A stretch of DNA of 11,113 bases from an archaeon (GCA_035390665.1 DAOOUC010000017.1:1-11113); one strand, 5' to 3'; shown: positions 1 to 6,471, counted from the stretch's first letter. Notes: generated from the letters alone by a model not told the origin. A program made the numbers and translations.

Positions 1-22
1 TAAAAAAATGGAGGAAACCAAA

Positions 23-1030
23 ATGGCAAAAGAAAATAAAAGTAAGCTAATCATTTGGGCATTAGTAGCTTTAGTGATTGGTGTAATATTAGGATTATTA
101 ATAACAAACATAACAACAACAGGAAAAGCAAAATCTGCTTTACAAGAAGCACAAGTTCAGAAACAAGTTGGTTTAGGAAACGGATATAATTTGTATTTAT
201 ATCAAGCAACACCAAACGAGATGATATATGTATTACCAACTAATGAACAAACTTATTCAACCCATCCTGCAAAAGTAAATGTAAGCACGACAACAGCTTT
301 TTTAACATCAGATGGAGTGGTTTATAATGATCAACGCGCAAGACAAAATACAGAATATAATCTAGAGCAGGGAACTATGAAATATGTTACAGAAAAATAT
401 ACCTTTTTAAATATCCCAAGTCAACAAAATGATTTGTCGGTACAATATCTGAGTACAGCTAACTGGTATTTTGATGACGGAACATCAAAAAATTTAGAGA
501 TGGGTTATATTATAAATCAAGAGAACTATGAATTTGTAAAAATGAATGACTTTACCGGAAATTGTAATGGCTATAATTTGAACTATCAAGATTATGCACA
601 CATCCCTGTTGAATCAATATATTATAATTTGTATGTATATGATTCTCAAAATAATTGGAATGTTGTTGCAGAAGAACATTGGTCAGATCCGGTAAACGAT
701 AGCGGAAGCTATGTCGGAACATATTCTGATAATGTTAAAAATCTATTATTAAATACAAATGGAAGATATTGGGTGTCATTATCAGCAACAGTAAATACAT
801 TTAATTATACCCAATCTATTTTTGATAATTACTATTTTGCAAACTGTTTAATAGGTGATTTTAAATCAACGAATAATACAGAATTAAATAAATTAAGAAA
901 TGAAAATAAAATACCATCGCTAGAAAATCACGTACGCGATATAACCGGCAGCGAAAATATAAAAATATCAGTGCAAGGCATATCTTCAGATGTGGTGTCT
1001 AAAAGTTTATCTAATTTAAATATAAAATAA
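23..1030 (+). CDS. Hypothetical membrane-anchored, Asn/Tyr/Thr-rich extracytoplasmic protein
   Basis: ORF track gives 8..1030. I prefer the ATG at 23 because GGAGG (10-14) lies 8 nt upstream of it. The N-terminus is MAKENKSK followed by a ~22-residue hydrophobic segment (LIIWALVALVIGVILGLLI), which reads as a signal anchor. The remainder is polar and N/Y/T-rich, with 2 Cys and several N-x-S/T sequons. No family recognised. Confidence 0.7.
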   Translation: MAKENKSKLIIWALVALVIGVILGLLITNITTTGKAKSALQEAQVQKQVGLGNGYNLYLYQATPNEMIYVLPTNEQTYSTHPAKVNVSTTTAFLTSDGVVYNDQRARQNTEYNLEQGTMKYVTEKYTFLNIPSQQNDLSVQYLSTANWYFDDGTSKNLEMGYIINQENYEFVKMNDFTGNCNGYNLNYQDYAHIPVESIYYNLYVYDSQNNWNVVAEEHWSDPVNDSGSYVGTYSDNVKNLLLNTNGRYWVSLSATVNTFNYTQSIFDNYYFANCLIGDFKSTNNTELNKLRNENKIPSLENHVRDITGSENIKISVQGISSDVVSKSLSNLNIK

Positions 1031-1051
1031 AATCACCTCGATTTTATTTTT
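1028..1051. terminator. Hairpin between convergent genes, spanning both stop codons
   Basis: TAAAATC (1028-1034), loop ACCTC, GATTTTA (1040-1046): a perfect 7-bp stem followed by a T-run. TAA of the + gene is 1028-1030; the stop of the minus-strand pyrG is 1044-1046. Confidence 0.45.
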
Positions 1052-2714
1052 CTTCTTTTTCTTTTCTTTTTTTTGCAGCCTTTACAAATTCTACAAATAA
1101 GGGGTGTGGTGTAAGTAGCTTTGATTTAAGTTCTGGGTGTGCTTGTGTTCCAATAAAGAATGGATGTTTCTTAATTTCTATAAATTCCAAAAGTTCTCCT
1201 GTAGGATCAAATCCACAAAGCCCAAGTCCTTTTTCTTTAAGTATAGAATGATATTTGGGGTTTACTTCAAATCTATGTCTGTGTCTTTCAGTTATTTTAT
1301 CACAATCGTACATTTTTGCAACTCTAGAGTCTTTAGATAATTCAGCAACACAAGAACCAAGCCTCATGCTTCCACCAATCTTTTTATTTTCTTGTCCAGG
1401 AAGGATAGTGACAATTGGGTCTTTACAATTTTTATCAATTTCAGTTGTGTTTGCTTCTAGAATTCCACAAACATTTCTTGCATATTCTATAACTGCAAGT
1501 TGCATTCCATAGCAAAGTCCTAAGTAAGGCACATTATTAACTCTTGCATATTTAATAATATTAAGTTTACCATTAATTCCTCTAGCCCCAAAACCACCAG
1601 GAACAATAATCCCATCAAGTTCTTTAATTTCTTCAGAAGTTTCAACATTTCCTTCTTCATATTTTTCTGTATCAATTAGTTTTATTTCTAAAGATTCAGG
1701 AACAGTAGTTTTAGCATGATGTAATGCCTCAATAACAGAAGCATAAGAGTCATCAATTCCTGTATATTTCCCACAGATTCCAATCTTAATCTTTTCGGAA
1801 TTGTCGTTTTCTATTTTTTCCACAGATTCAATAAACTTATCAAATTCTTTATTAACTTCAATACCAAGTTTTCTAGAAATTAATTTATCTACATCTTGAT
1901 TCTTAAAATTAATTGGTATCTCGTAAATATTTTTAACATCATGTCCAGAGATAATCTGTTTAGGTAATAATTCACAAGCCTCACAAATTTTATCAATAGA
2001 TTTCTTATCAAGTGGCCTTTTTGATCTACAAATTATAAGATCTGGCCAAAGTCCTCTTTTATTTAATTCAAATATGCTGTTTTGTGCAGGTTTTGTTTTT
2101 TGTTCATTACTTGGTGCAATCTCCGGAATATAAGCAAGATGTGCTAAACAAAGATTTTCTTTTCCAAGTTTCCATCTAATTTCTCTAGCTGCAGTAACAT
2201 AAAGTTCATTTTCTAAATCTCCTATTGTTCCTCCAATTTCAAGAACAACAAGGTCTGCATTATTGTCTAATGCAGTTTTTATTATTTTATACTGAATATA
2301 ATCAGTAACTTCAGGAATTAATTTAACAGTTCTTCCTAAGAATAATCCGCTTCTTTCGAGATCAATTATTTCTTTATAGATTTTACCCATAGTTAAATTT
2401 TGAGTTCCATTACAAGAGATATCAAGATATCTTTCATAGTGCCCAAAATCCATATCAACTTCAGTTCCATCATCTAGAACAAAAACTTCTCCATGTTCAA
2501 CAGGGTTCATGGTTCCTGGATCATAATTAAGATAACCATCGCATTTAATTGGTATTTTTCTAATATCCTTAGATAATAGTTGAGCAAGACTTGCAGCAGC
2601 TACCCCTTTACCAAGACCAGAAAGAACTCCGCCAGTAACAACTAGAAATTTTAGGTTTTTTTCTTTTGCTAAATCATATATACCATTGATGTCTTTATAA
2701 TCCATAACAATCAC
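1044..2714 (-). CDS. pyrG: CTP synthase (glutamine-hydrolysing)
   Basis: 556-aa ORF. N-terminal synthetase motif FLVVTGGVLSGLGKG (canonical VTGGVVSSLGKG). C-terminal class-I glutamine amidotransferase motifs GLCYGMQ (Cys), HRHRFEVN and GTQAHPE (His/Glu). The ORF-track start at 2714 is GTG; the ATG at 2705 is an alternative start. Confidence 0.95.
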   Translation of the reverse strand: MIVMDYKDINGIYDLAKEKNLKFLVVTGGVLSGLGKGVAAASLAQLLSKDIRKIPIKCDGYLNYDPGTMNPVEHGEVFVLDDGTEVDMDFGHYERYLDISCNGTQNLTMGKIYKEIIDLERSGLFLGRTVKLIPEVTDYIQYKIIKTALDNNADLVVLEIGGTIGDLENELYVTAAREIRWKLGKENLCLAHLAYIPEIAPSNEQKTKPAQNSIFELNKRGLWPDLIICRSKRPLDKKSIDKICEACELLPKQIISGHDVKNIYEIPINFKNQDVDKLISRKLGIEVNKEFDKFIESVEKIENDNSEKIKIGICGKYTGIDDSYASVIEALHHAKTTVPESLEIKLIDTEKYEEGNVETSEEIKELDGIIVPGGFGARGINGKLNIIKYARVNNVPYLGLCYGMQLAVIEYARNVCGILEANTTEIDKNCKDPIVTILPGQENKKIGGSMRLGSCVAELSKDSRVAKMYDCDKITERHRHRFEVNPKYHSILKEKGLGLCGFDPTGELLEFIEIKKHPFFIGTQAHPELKSKLLTPHPLFVEFVKAAKKRKEKEEK

Positions 2715-2904
2715 AACACAATTAGAATAATAAAGAACTATATCTTAAAACAGTTTATATTTCTTCTTGTTTGTTTTTTAAACTTTGTCTAAACCACATT
2801 TATTTATATAGCTTTTTAATCATAAATATATATTACCGGCGTTATAATGGGTATATTTAAGATAAAATAACCATTGCGCGCTAGCCCGAGCGAAACCGAT
2901 TCAT

Positions 2905-2987
2905 GCAGAGGTGGCGGAGTGGCCAAACGCACCAGCCTTGAGAGCTGGAGTCGAAAGACTACGCGAGTTCGAATCTCGTCCTCTGCG
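2905..2987 (+). tRNA. tRNA-Ser (anticodon TGA), type II with long variable arm, no encoded CCA
   Basis: Hand-folded cloverleaf. Acceptor GCAGAGG/CCTCTGC. D stem GCG/CGC with an 11-nt loop. Anticodon stem CCAGC/GCTGG, loop CTTGAGA (TGA at 2939-2941). 14-nt variable arm AGTCGAAAGACTAC (GTC/GAC stem). T arm GCGAG-TTCGAAT-CTCGT. Discriminator G. GC-rich island in AT-rich DNA. Confidence 0.9.
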
Positions 2988-2996
2988 CTAGAATCC

Positions 2997-3020
2997 TTTT
3001 CTTTTTTGTAAAAAAGAAAA
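2997..3020 (+). terminator. Oligo-T / hairpin terminator after tRNA-Ser(TGA)
   Basis: TTTTCTTTTTT (2997-3007) and AAAAAAGAAAA (3010-3020) are perfect reverse complements. The T-run begins 10 nt after the tRNA 3' end. Confidence 0.4.
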
Positions 3021-3077
3021 TTATTTCATTCCAAAAGAAAAAACTATATTAAAAGAAAAAAACCACAGAAGATTATT

Positions 3078-3416
3078 ATGTCAGAAGAAAAACCAATTAT
3101 TACTTTTGATGATTTCATAAAGCTTGACATAAGAGTAGGAACAGTAATAGAAGCAGAAAAAGTTCCAAACAGTCTAAAGCTTATAAGATTAGTAATTGAT
3201 TTTGGAGATTTTAAAAGACAAGTCCTTGCCGGAATTGCAACAAAGTATTCTCCTGAAGATCTTTTAAACAGACAAATACCAGTAATAGTAAATTTGGCCC
3301 CAAGAAAAATGGCTGGTCTTGAAAGTCAAGGCATGATTATGGCAGTAGGAGATAATGAAGTTGAAGCATTATTGTTTCCAACAGAAGTAGTAAAAGAAGG
3401 AGCGAGTGTTCATTAG
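3078..3416 (+). CDS. Stand-alone tRNA-binding domain protein (Trbp111 / CsaA / MetRS C-terminal-domain family)
   Basis: 112 aa. FIKLDIRVGTVIEAEKVPNSLKLIRLVIDFGD...RQVLAGIATKYSPEDLLNRQIPVIVNLAPRKMAGLESQGMIMAV...VKEGASV matches, nearly position for position, the OB-fold tRNA_bind pattern of Aquifex Trbp111 as I remember it (VVAGIAKYYTPEEL...VANLKPRKIFGIESQGMILA...VKEGAKL). Confidence 0.9.
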   Translation: MSEEKPIITFDDFIKLDIRVGTVIEAEKVPNSLKLIRLVIDFGDFKRQVLAGIATKYSPEDLLNRQIPVIVNLAPRKMAGLESQGMIMAVGDNEVEALLFPTEVVKEGASVH

Positions 3417-3695
3417 ATGATAAATATGGATAAAACAAAAATTAATTATTTTATAGATGTTTTATTAATCATTTCATTTATAGTTGTTGCAATAACAAGC
3501 ATTATTATTTTTTTCTTTCTTCCAAGCGGAGTAAGGCAAGCAGGTTATCAAACATTTTTAGGAATGACAAAACACACTTGGAGTAACATTCATACAATCT
3601 TCGGGTTTGCAATGATAATTTTGTCTTTAGTTCATTTAATATTACACTTCAAATGGCTAACAGTAATGTCAAAAACAATATTTAAGAAAAAATAA
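3417..3695 (+). CDS. DUF4405-like small 2-TM membrane protein with four conserved-looking His
   Basis: 92 aa. Two TM helices and the pattern FLGMTKHTWSNIHTIFG...SLVHLILHFKWL (His 53, 59, 73, 77), which resembles the DUF4405 / di-haem cytochrome-b-like signature. The ATG directly abuts the upstream TAG (TAGATG at 3414-3419). The ATG at 3426 is an alternative start. Confidence 0.65.
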   Translation: MINMDKTKINYFIDVLLIISFIVVAITSIIIFFFLPSGVRQAGYQTFLGMTKHTWSNIHTIFGFAMIILSLVHLILHFKWLTVMSKTIFKKK

Positions 3696-3700
3696 TTTAG

Positions 3701-3758
3701 TTGTGTGTCGATAGGCAACCAGTTAGTGCCATACAAATTCTGGCTGGGCGCCAACCTC
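3701..3758. other. GC-rich intergenic island (candidate small structured RNA or processed 3'UTR/leader); strand unknown
   Basis: The ~58-nt segment ttgtgtgtcgataggcaaccagttagtgccatacaaattctggctgggcgccaacctc is far more GC-rich than its flanks. It encodes no ORF and lies between the DUF4405-like stop (3695) and two terminator-like hairpins. Short helices are possible: GGCA/TGCC (3714-3717/3727-3730) and CCAG/CTGG (3719-3722/3740-3743). Confidence 0.25.
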
Positions 3759-3760
3759 AA

Positions 3761-3805
3761 AAAAAGTCAAAGACTTTTTAGGATCCTAAAAAATTAGGAT
3801 TTTTT
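3761..3805 (+). terminator. Two tandem perfect hairpins with T-runs
   Basis: AAAAAGTC-AAA-GACTTTTT (3761-3779). ATCCTAA-AAAA-TTAGGAT (3783-3800), followed by TTTTT (3801-3805). Confidence 0.45.
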
Positions 3806-3825
3806 ATGAGACCGCAACCGGTTGT

Positions 3826-3908
3826 GCAGAGGTGGCGGAGTGGTCAAACGCACTAGCCTGGAAAGCTAGAGTCGAAAGACTACGCGAGTTCGAATCTCGT
3901 CCTCTGCG
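3826..3908 (+). tRNA. tRNA-Ser (anticodon GGA), type II, no encoded CCA
   Basis: Same cloverleaf as 2905-2987. Anticodon stem CTAGC/GCTAG, loop CTGGAAA (GGA at 3860-3862). Variable arm, T arm, acceptor and discriminator G are identical. 78/83 identical to the first copy. Confidence 0.9.
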
Positions 3909-3924
3909 ATTTTTCTATTCTATT

Positions 3925-4275
3925 TTAGGTTATTAAAATAAAGATGACGCCTCCTAAAACATAAGAGGTTGTGTTTATTGCAATTGATAAGAAAAACCAC
4001 TCTTTATTTTTTCCAAAAACATAAACAAATATTTTCCATTCTATTAATATTATTAAAATTTCTAAAAAGATAACAATTATTGAATATAAGAAAATGGATA
4101 AATTATTTAATCTAAATATAAGTAATAAATAGTTTAATGTAAGATTAGTAAGGACATTAACAAGAACTATAATCTGAAATATTTCTTTTTTTCTGTATCT
4201 TAAAATTAATGCAACAAAGCATTCTATAATTATGGTTAAAAACAAAGCTAAGATTAAAGAAATAAAATAATTCAT
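3925..4275 (-). CDS. Hypothetical 4-TM membrane protein
   Basis: 116 aa with four hydrophobic segments. Begins 2 nt after the stop of the upstream 68-aa gene. No family recognised. Confidence 0.55.
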   Translation of the reverse strand: MNYFISLILALFLTIIIECFVALILRYRKKEIFQIIVLVNVLTNLTLNYLLLIFRLNNLSIFLYSIIVIFLEILIILIEWKIFVYVFGKNKEWFFLSIAINTTSYVLGGVIFILIT

Positions 4276-4277
4276 AA

Positions 4278-4484
4278 TTATTTTCTTATTGATGCTTTAA
4301 TTTTTTTAATAACTTTAACAACAAATACAATTATCCCTAAAATTACAGTTGCTGCAATTATTAACCCAACTACTGGAAAAATCACTGCATCTGCGCCTCC
4401 AGAGAATGTAGAAACATCTGCATAAACAAAACTATTTAGTAATAAAATACTATAAAGTATAGTTATTATTTTTATGAAATTCAT
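4278..4484 (-). CDS. 68-aa secreted/anchored microprotein (signal peptide, ~12-aa ectodomain, TM, basic tail)
   Basis: MNFIKIITILYSILLLNSFVYA|DVSTFSGGADAV, then the TM segment IFPVVGLIIAATVILGIIVFVV, then KVIKKIKASIRK. Its start overlaps the upstream gene's stop by 4 nt (ATGA on the minus strand, 4481-4484). Confidence 0.5.
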   Translation of the reverse strand: MNFIKIITILYSILLLNSFVYADVSTFSGGADAVIFPVVGLIIAATVILGIIVFVVKVIKKIKASIRK

Positions 4485-5521
4485 GTTATTCTCCTATTTC
4501 TATTATATAATTTTAAACCAAAATAAATTGTTATTATAGAAATAACAATCATAATAAATATAATATAGTTGTTTGATAAAAAAGACTTAAAAGAAGTAAA
4601 TGTAATTATTGCTCCGATGATTAAAGCAAGACAAGTTAATCCAAACGAAAATCCAGGATATCCTGGAAGAGTATTAGAGATAGCAACAAGAGTAATAGGC
4701 ATAGTCATATTAAAAAAGAAAATTCCAATAATTCCAAGAATAGGGTAATTTATCCCGTAGGTTAAAAGTGGGACAGAAACAATTAACGAAAATATTGCTG
4801 TGTTTAAAAATCCAAACTTGTCAGCAAAATATCCGCCAAGTGCTTTTCCTAAAAATATACTAATAGTTAAAATAATTAACAAATAATAAACATTCTTCCA
4901 AGGAAAAACCAGAGCCATGCCCACAATTGATCTAAAAACTATAGTAATCAATAATAACAAAACTATAAGTTCTAGATAATTATTTTTTACTTTCTTAATT
5001 GTATTAATCTTTGGAGGTTCTATAAAAAAAATAATTATACTTGAAATTAAAGTTATTGCTAAAAAAAGAAAAGGAAAAAAATATCCTTTAAATCCCATAA
5101 ATGCACCAAAAAGCAAACCAAGAGCCCCAGGAGCAACAAAGATTCCAGGAAATGTGGCCTTACCATTACTAAAATTAAGTATTATTGTTCCTCCACCAAT
5201 ATGAAAAAAAGCATTAGCAATTCCAGCAAAAATTATTGAAAGAATGGGAAGGTAAAGCCCCGAAATTAAAGCAATCCCCATTAATAAAAGACCAATTATT
5301 GCAAAATGTTTTGCGCAATTATATTTATCTGAAATTAATCCAATAATTGGTTGTAATCCAAAAGCCAGGCAATTATAAATTAAAACAAATAGTCCAATCA
5401 ATGTTGGATTAGAAGTTTTAGATAAGCACAAGGTAATTAAAAGAGATGTGCCAAGGGTATCAATGAGAAAGTGGCCAAAACTATATGAAATTAAGTTACT
5501 ATAAATATTTCTATAATACAT
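4481..5521 (-). CDS. Compact 12-TM MFS-like transporter
   Basis: 346 aa with 6+6 hydrophobic segments split by a basic loop (EPPKINTIKKVKNN). MFS motif-A-like sequences appear after TM2 (GLISDKYNCAK) and after TM8 (GGYFADKFGF). Substrate unknown. Confidence 0.7.
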   Translation of the reverse strand: MYYRNIYSNLISYSFGHFLIDTLGTSLLITLCLSKTSNPTLIGLFVLIYNCLAFGLQPIIGLISDKYNCAKHFAIIGLLLMGIALISGLYLPILSIIFAGIANAFFHIGGGTIILNFSNGKATFPGIFVAPGALGLLFGAFMGFKGYFFPFLFLAITLISSIIIFFIEPPKINTIKKVKNNYLELIVLLLLITIVFRSIVGMALVFPWKNVYYLLIILTISIFLGKALGGYFADKFGFLNTAIFSLIVSVPLLTYGINYPILGIIGIFFFNMTMPITLVAISNTLPGYPGFSFGLTCLALIIGAIITFTSFKSFLSNNYIIFIMIVISIITIYFGLKLYNRNRRIT

Positions 5522-5540
5522 ATATTAGATTTATTACTAC

Positions 5541-5550
5541 ATTTTTAAAA
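5541..5550 (-). promoter_or_regulatory. TATA-like box for the minus-strand membrane operon (apparently leaderless)
   Basis: The minus strand reads TTTTAAAAAT, centred ~25 nt upstream of the ATG at 5521. No Shine-Dalgarno lies in between. Confidence 0.3.
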
Positions 5551-5650
5551 GTATATCTTAATTGTTAGGTTTTAGCATAAGATTACAAAAAATACAATTT
5601 ATAAATAATATCATTCAATATTATACTATATTTAAGGGGGTTTTTAATAA

Positions 5651-5959
5651 ATGGGGAAATTACTACAAGAATTTAAAGATTTTCTAAATGAATACAAAGT
5701 AATGGGATTAGCAGTAGCTTTTATTATTGGTACTGCAATTACTGCACTTGTAAAGTCTTTAGTTGATAATATTATTATGCCAATAATAACGCCTTTTATA
5801 CCTGGTGGAGCTTGGCAAACAGCAACAGTAAAATTAGGGCCAATAGTTTTAGGTCTTGGTGCATTTGCAGGAGCATTACTTAATTTTGTAATTATTGCAT
5901 TTGTAGTTTTCATGATTGCTAAATATTTATTTAAGGAAGAAAAAGTTACAAAAAAGTAA
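5651..5959 (+). CDS. mscL: Large-conductance mechanosensitive channel MscL (short form)
   Basis: 102 aa. LQEFKDFLNEYKVMGLAVAFIIGTAITALVKSLVDNIIMPII parallels the remembered E. coli MscL sequence ([41 protein letters not shown]). The second TM is NFVIIAFVVFMIAKYL, followed by the charged cluster KEEK. SD-like AAGGGGG (5634-5640) lies 10 nt before the ATG. Confidence 0.9.
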   Translation: MGKLLQEFKDFLNEYKVMGLAVAFIIGTAITALVKSLVDNIIMPIITPFIPGGAWQTATVKLGPIVLGLGAFAGALLNFVIIAFVVFMIAKYLFKEEKVTKK

Positions 5960-5960
5960 T

Positions 5961-5991
5961 TTATTTCTTTTTTCTTTTTTATTTATTTTTT
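5961..5991 (+). terminator. Oligo-T terminator region after mscL
   Basis: ttatttcttttttcttttttatttatttttt immediately follows the stop. Several T5-T6 runs, typical of archaeal termination signals. Confidence 0.35.
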
Positions 5992-5999
5992 GAAAAAAC

Positions 6000-6323
6000 A
6001 TGACTAGAAAAAAAGACGCAGGTGAATTACTATACTATTTATATAAATCTTTAAATTGCCAGACGATTTCTTCAGAAAGCTTGTTAAAAGAAACAGGGTG
6101 GGGGAGTTGGAGATTAGAGAAAGCAATTAGATATTTAAGAGAAATTGATGCTATTAAGATAACTCTGTTTAAAGAAAAAATAGAAAGATTACAAAAATTA
6201 GTAATAGTTGGATTAACATCAATAGGAACACAAACAATAGAAGATAAAGACAAATTTAAAATCACTTTTGGATTCGAATTAAATCTTAAAAAGGGAAAGT
6301 GGAGTTGGCAAATATCCAAATGA
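6000..6323 (+). CDS. Small hypothetical protein, possible winged helix-turn-helix
   Basis: 107 aa. The helix-turn-helix-like stretch ISSESLLKETGWGSWRLEKAIRYLREIDAIK is followed by a beta-rich segment. An overlapping antisense ORF (6035..6355) is low-complexity and less protein-like. No family recognised. Confidence 0.45.
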   Translation: MTRKKDAGELLYYLYKSLNCQTISSESLLKETGWGSWRLEKAIRYLREIDAIKITLFKEKIERLQKLVIVGLTSIGTQTIEDKDKFKITFGFELNLKKGKWSWQISK

Positions 6324-6471
6324 TAATAGTCCAGCACAATTGATCTAAAATACACAAAACACGATAGAAATAAGATTTAATAAGAGAAAAAATTATCAAA
6401 AATATCTCTTTAAATATCTATTGTGTCTAATTAGATAATAAAATTTACACTAAAATTGGAGATGACTAAAA

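Noticed and set aside
23-120. N-terminus of the first protein as a type IV pilin-like (class III) signal peptide
   Set aside because: The charged region is followed by KSK-LIIW, with no convincing [KR]-[GAS] cleavage context before the hydrophobic segment. No pilus assembly genes are in the window.
51-239. 62-aa minus-strand ORF inside the first gene
   Set aside because: It is a Leu/Ile-rich, low-complexity shadow ORF antisense to a gene with a convincing signal anchor and SD. It has no start context.
1137-1512. Two plus-strand ORFs (67 and 85 aa) inside pyrG
   Set aside because: They are antisense to an unambiguous CTP synthase. Their composition (F/S/C-rich) is typical of shadow frames in AT-rich DNA.
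3701-3758. The GC island as a C/D-box or H/ACA sRNA, or a tRNA fragment
   Set aside because: Neither strand has an RTGATGA or CTGA box. Only a trivial 4-bp hairpin precedes the single ACA (3733-3735). There is no T-arm-like GTTCRAATC. The class is therefore left unassigned.
2905-3908. The tRNA direct repeats as attL/attR of an integrated mobile element carrying the Trbp111/DUF4405-like cassette
   Set aside because: Both copies are full-length, foldable tRNAs with different anticodons and a compensatory stem change, not a tRNA plus a 3' fragment. There is no integrase, excisionase or other mobile gene between them, and the cassette is only 0.9 kb.
4278-4484. The 68-aa product as a bacteriocin precursor or a PGF-CTERM/archaeosortase substrate
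   Set aside because: There is no double-glycine or leader-type motif, and no PGF/PEF tripeptide before the TM (the sequence is IFPVVG). No modification enzyme, ABC exporter or sortase lies nearby.
5644-5913. 89-aa minus-strand ORF overlapping mscL
   Set aside because: The plus-strand frame carries the recognisable MscL sequence and an SD. The antisense frame has no recognisable features.
6035-6355. 106-aa minus-strand ORF overlapping the 107-aa wHTH-like ORF
   Set aside because: It is less protein-like (low complexity, no start context), and it would make the KTSC upstream region and mscL terminator overlap awkwardly. Neither frame has family support, so the + call itself has only moderate confidence.
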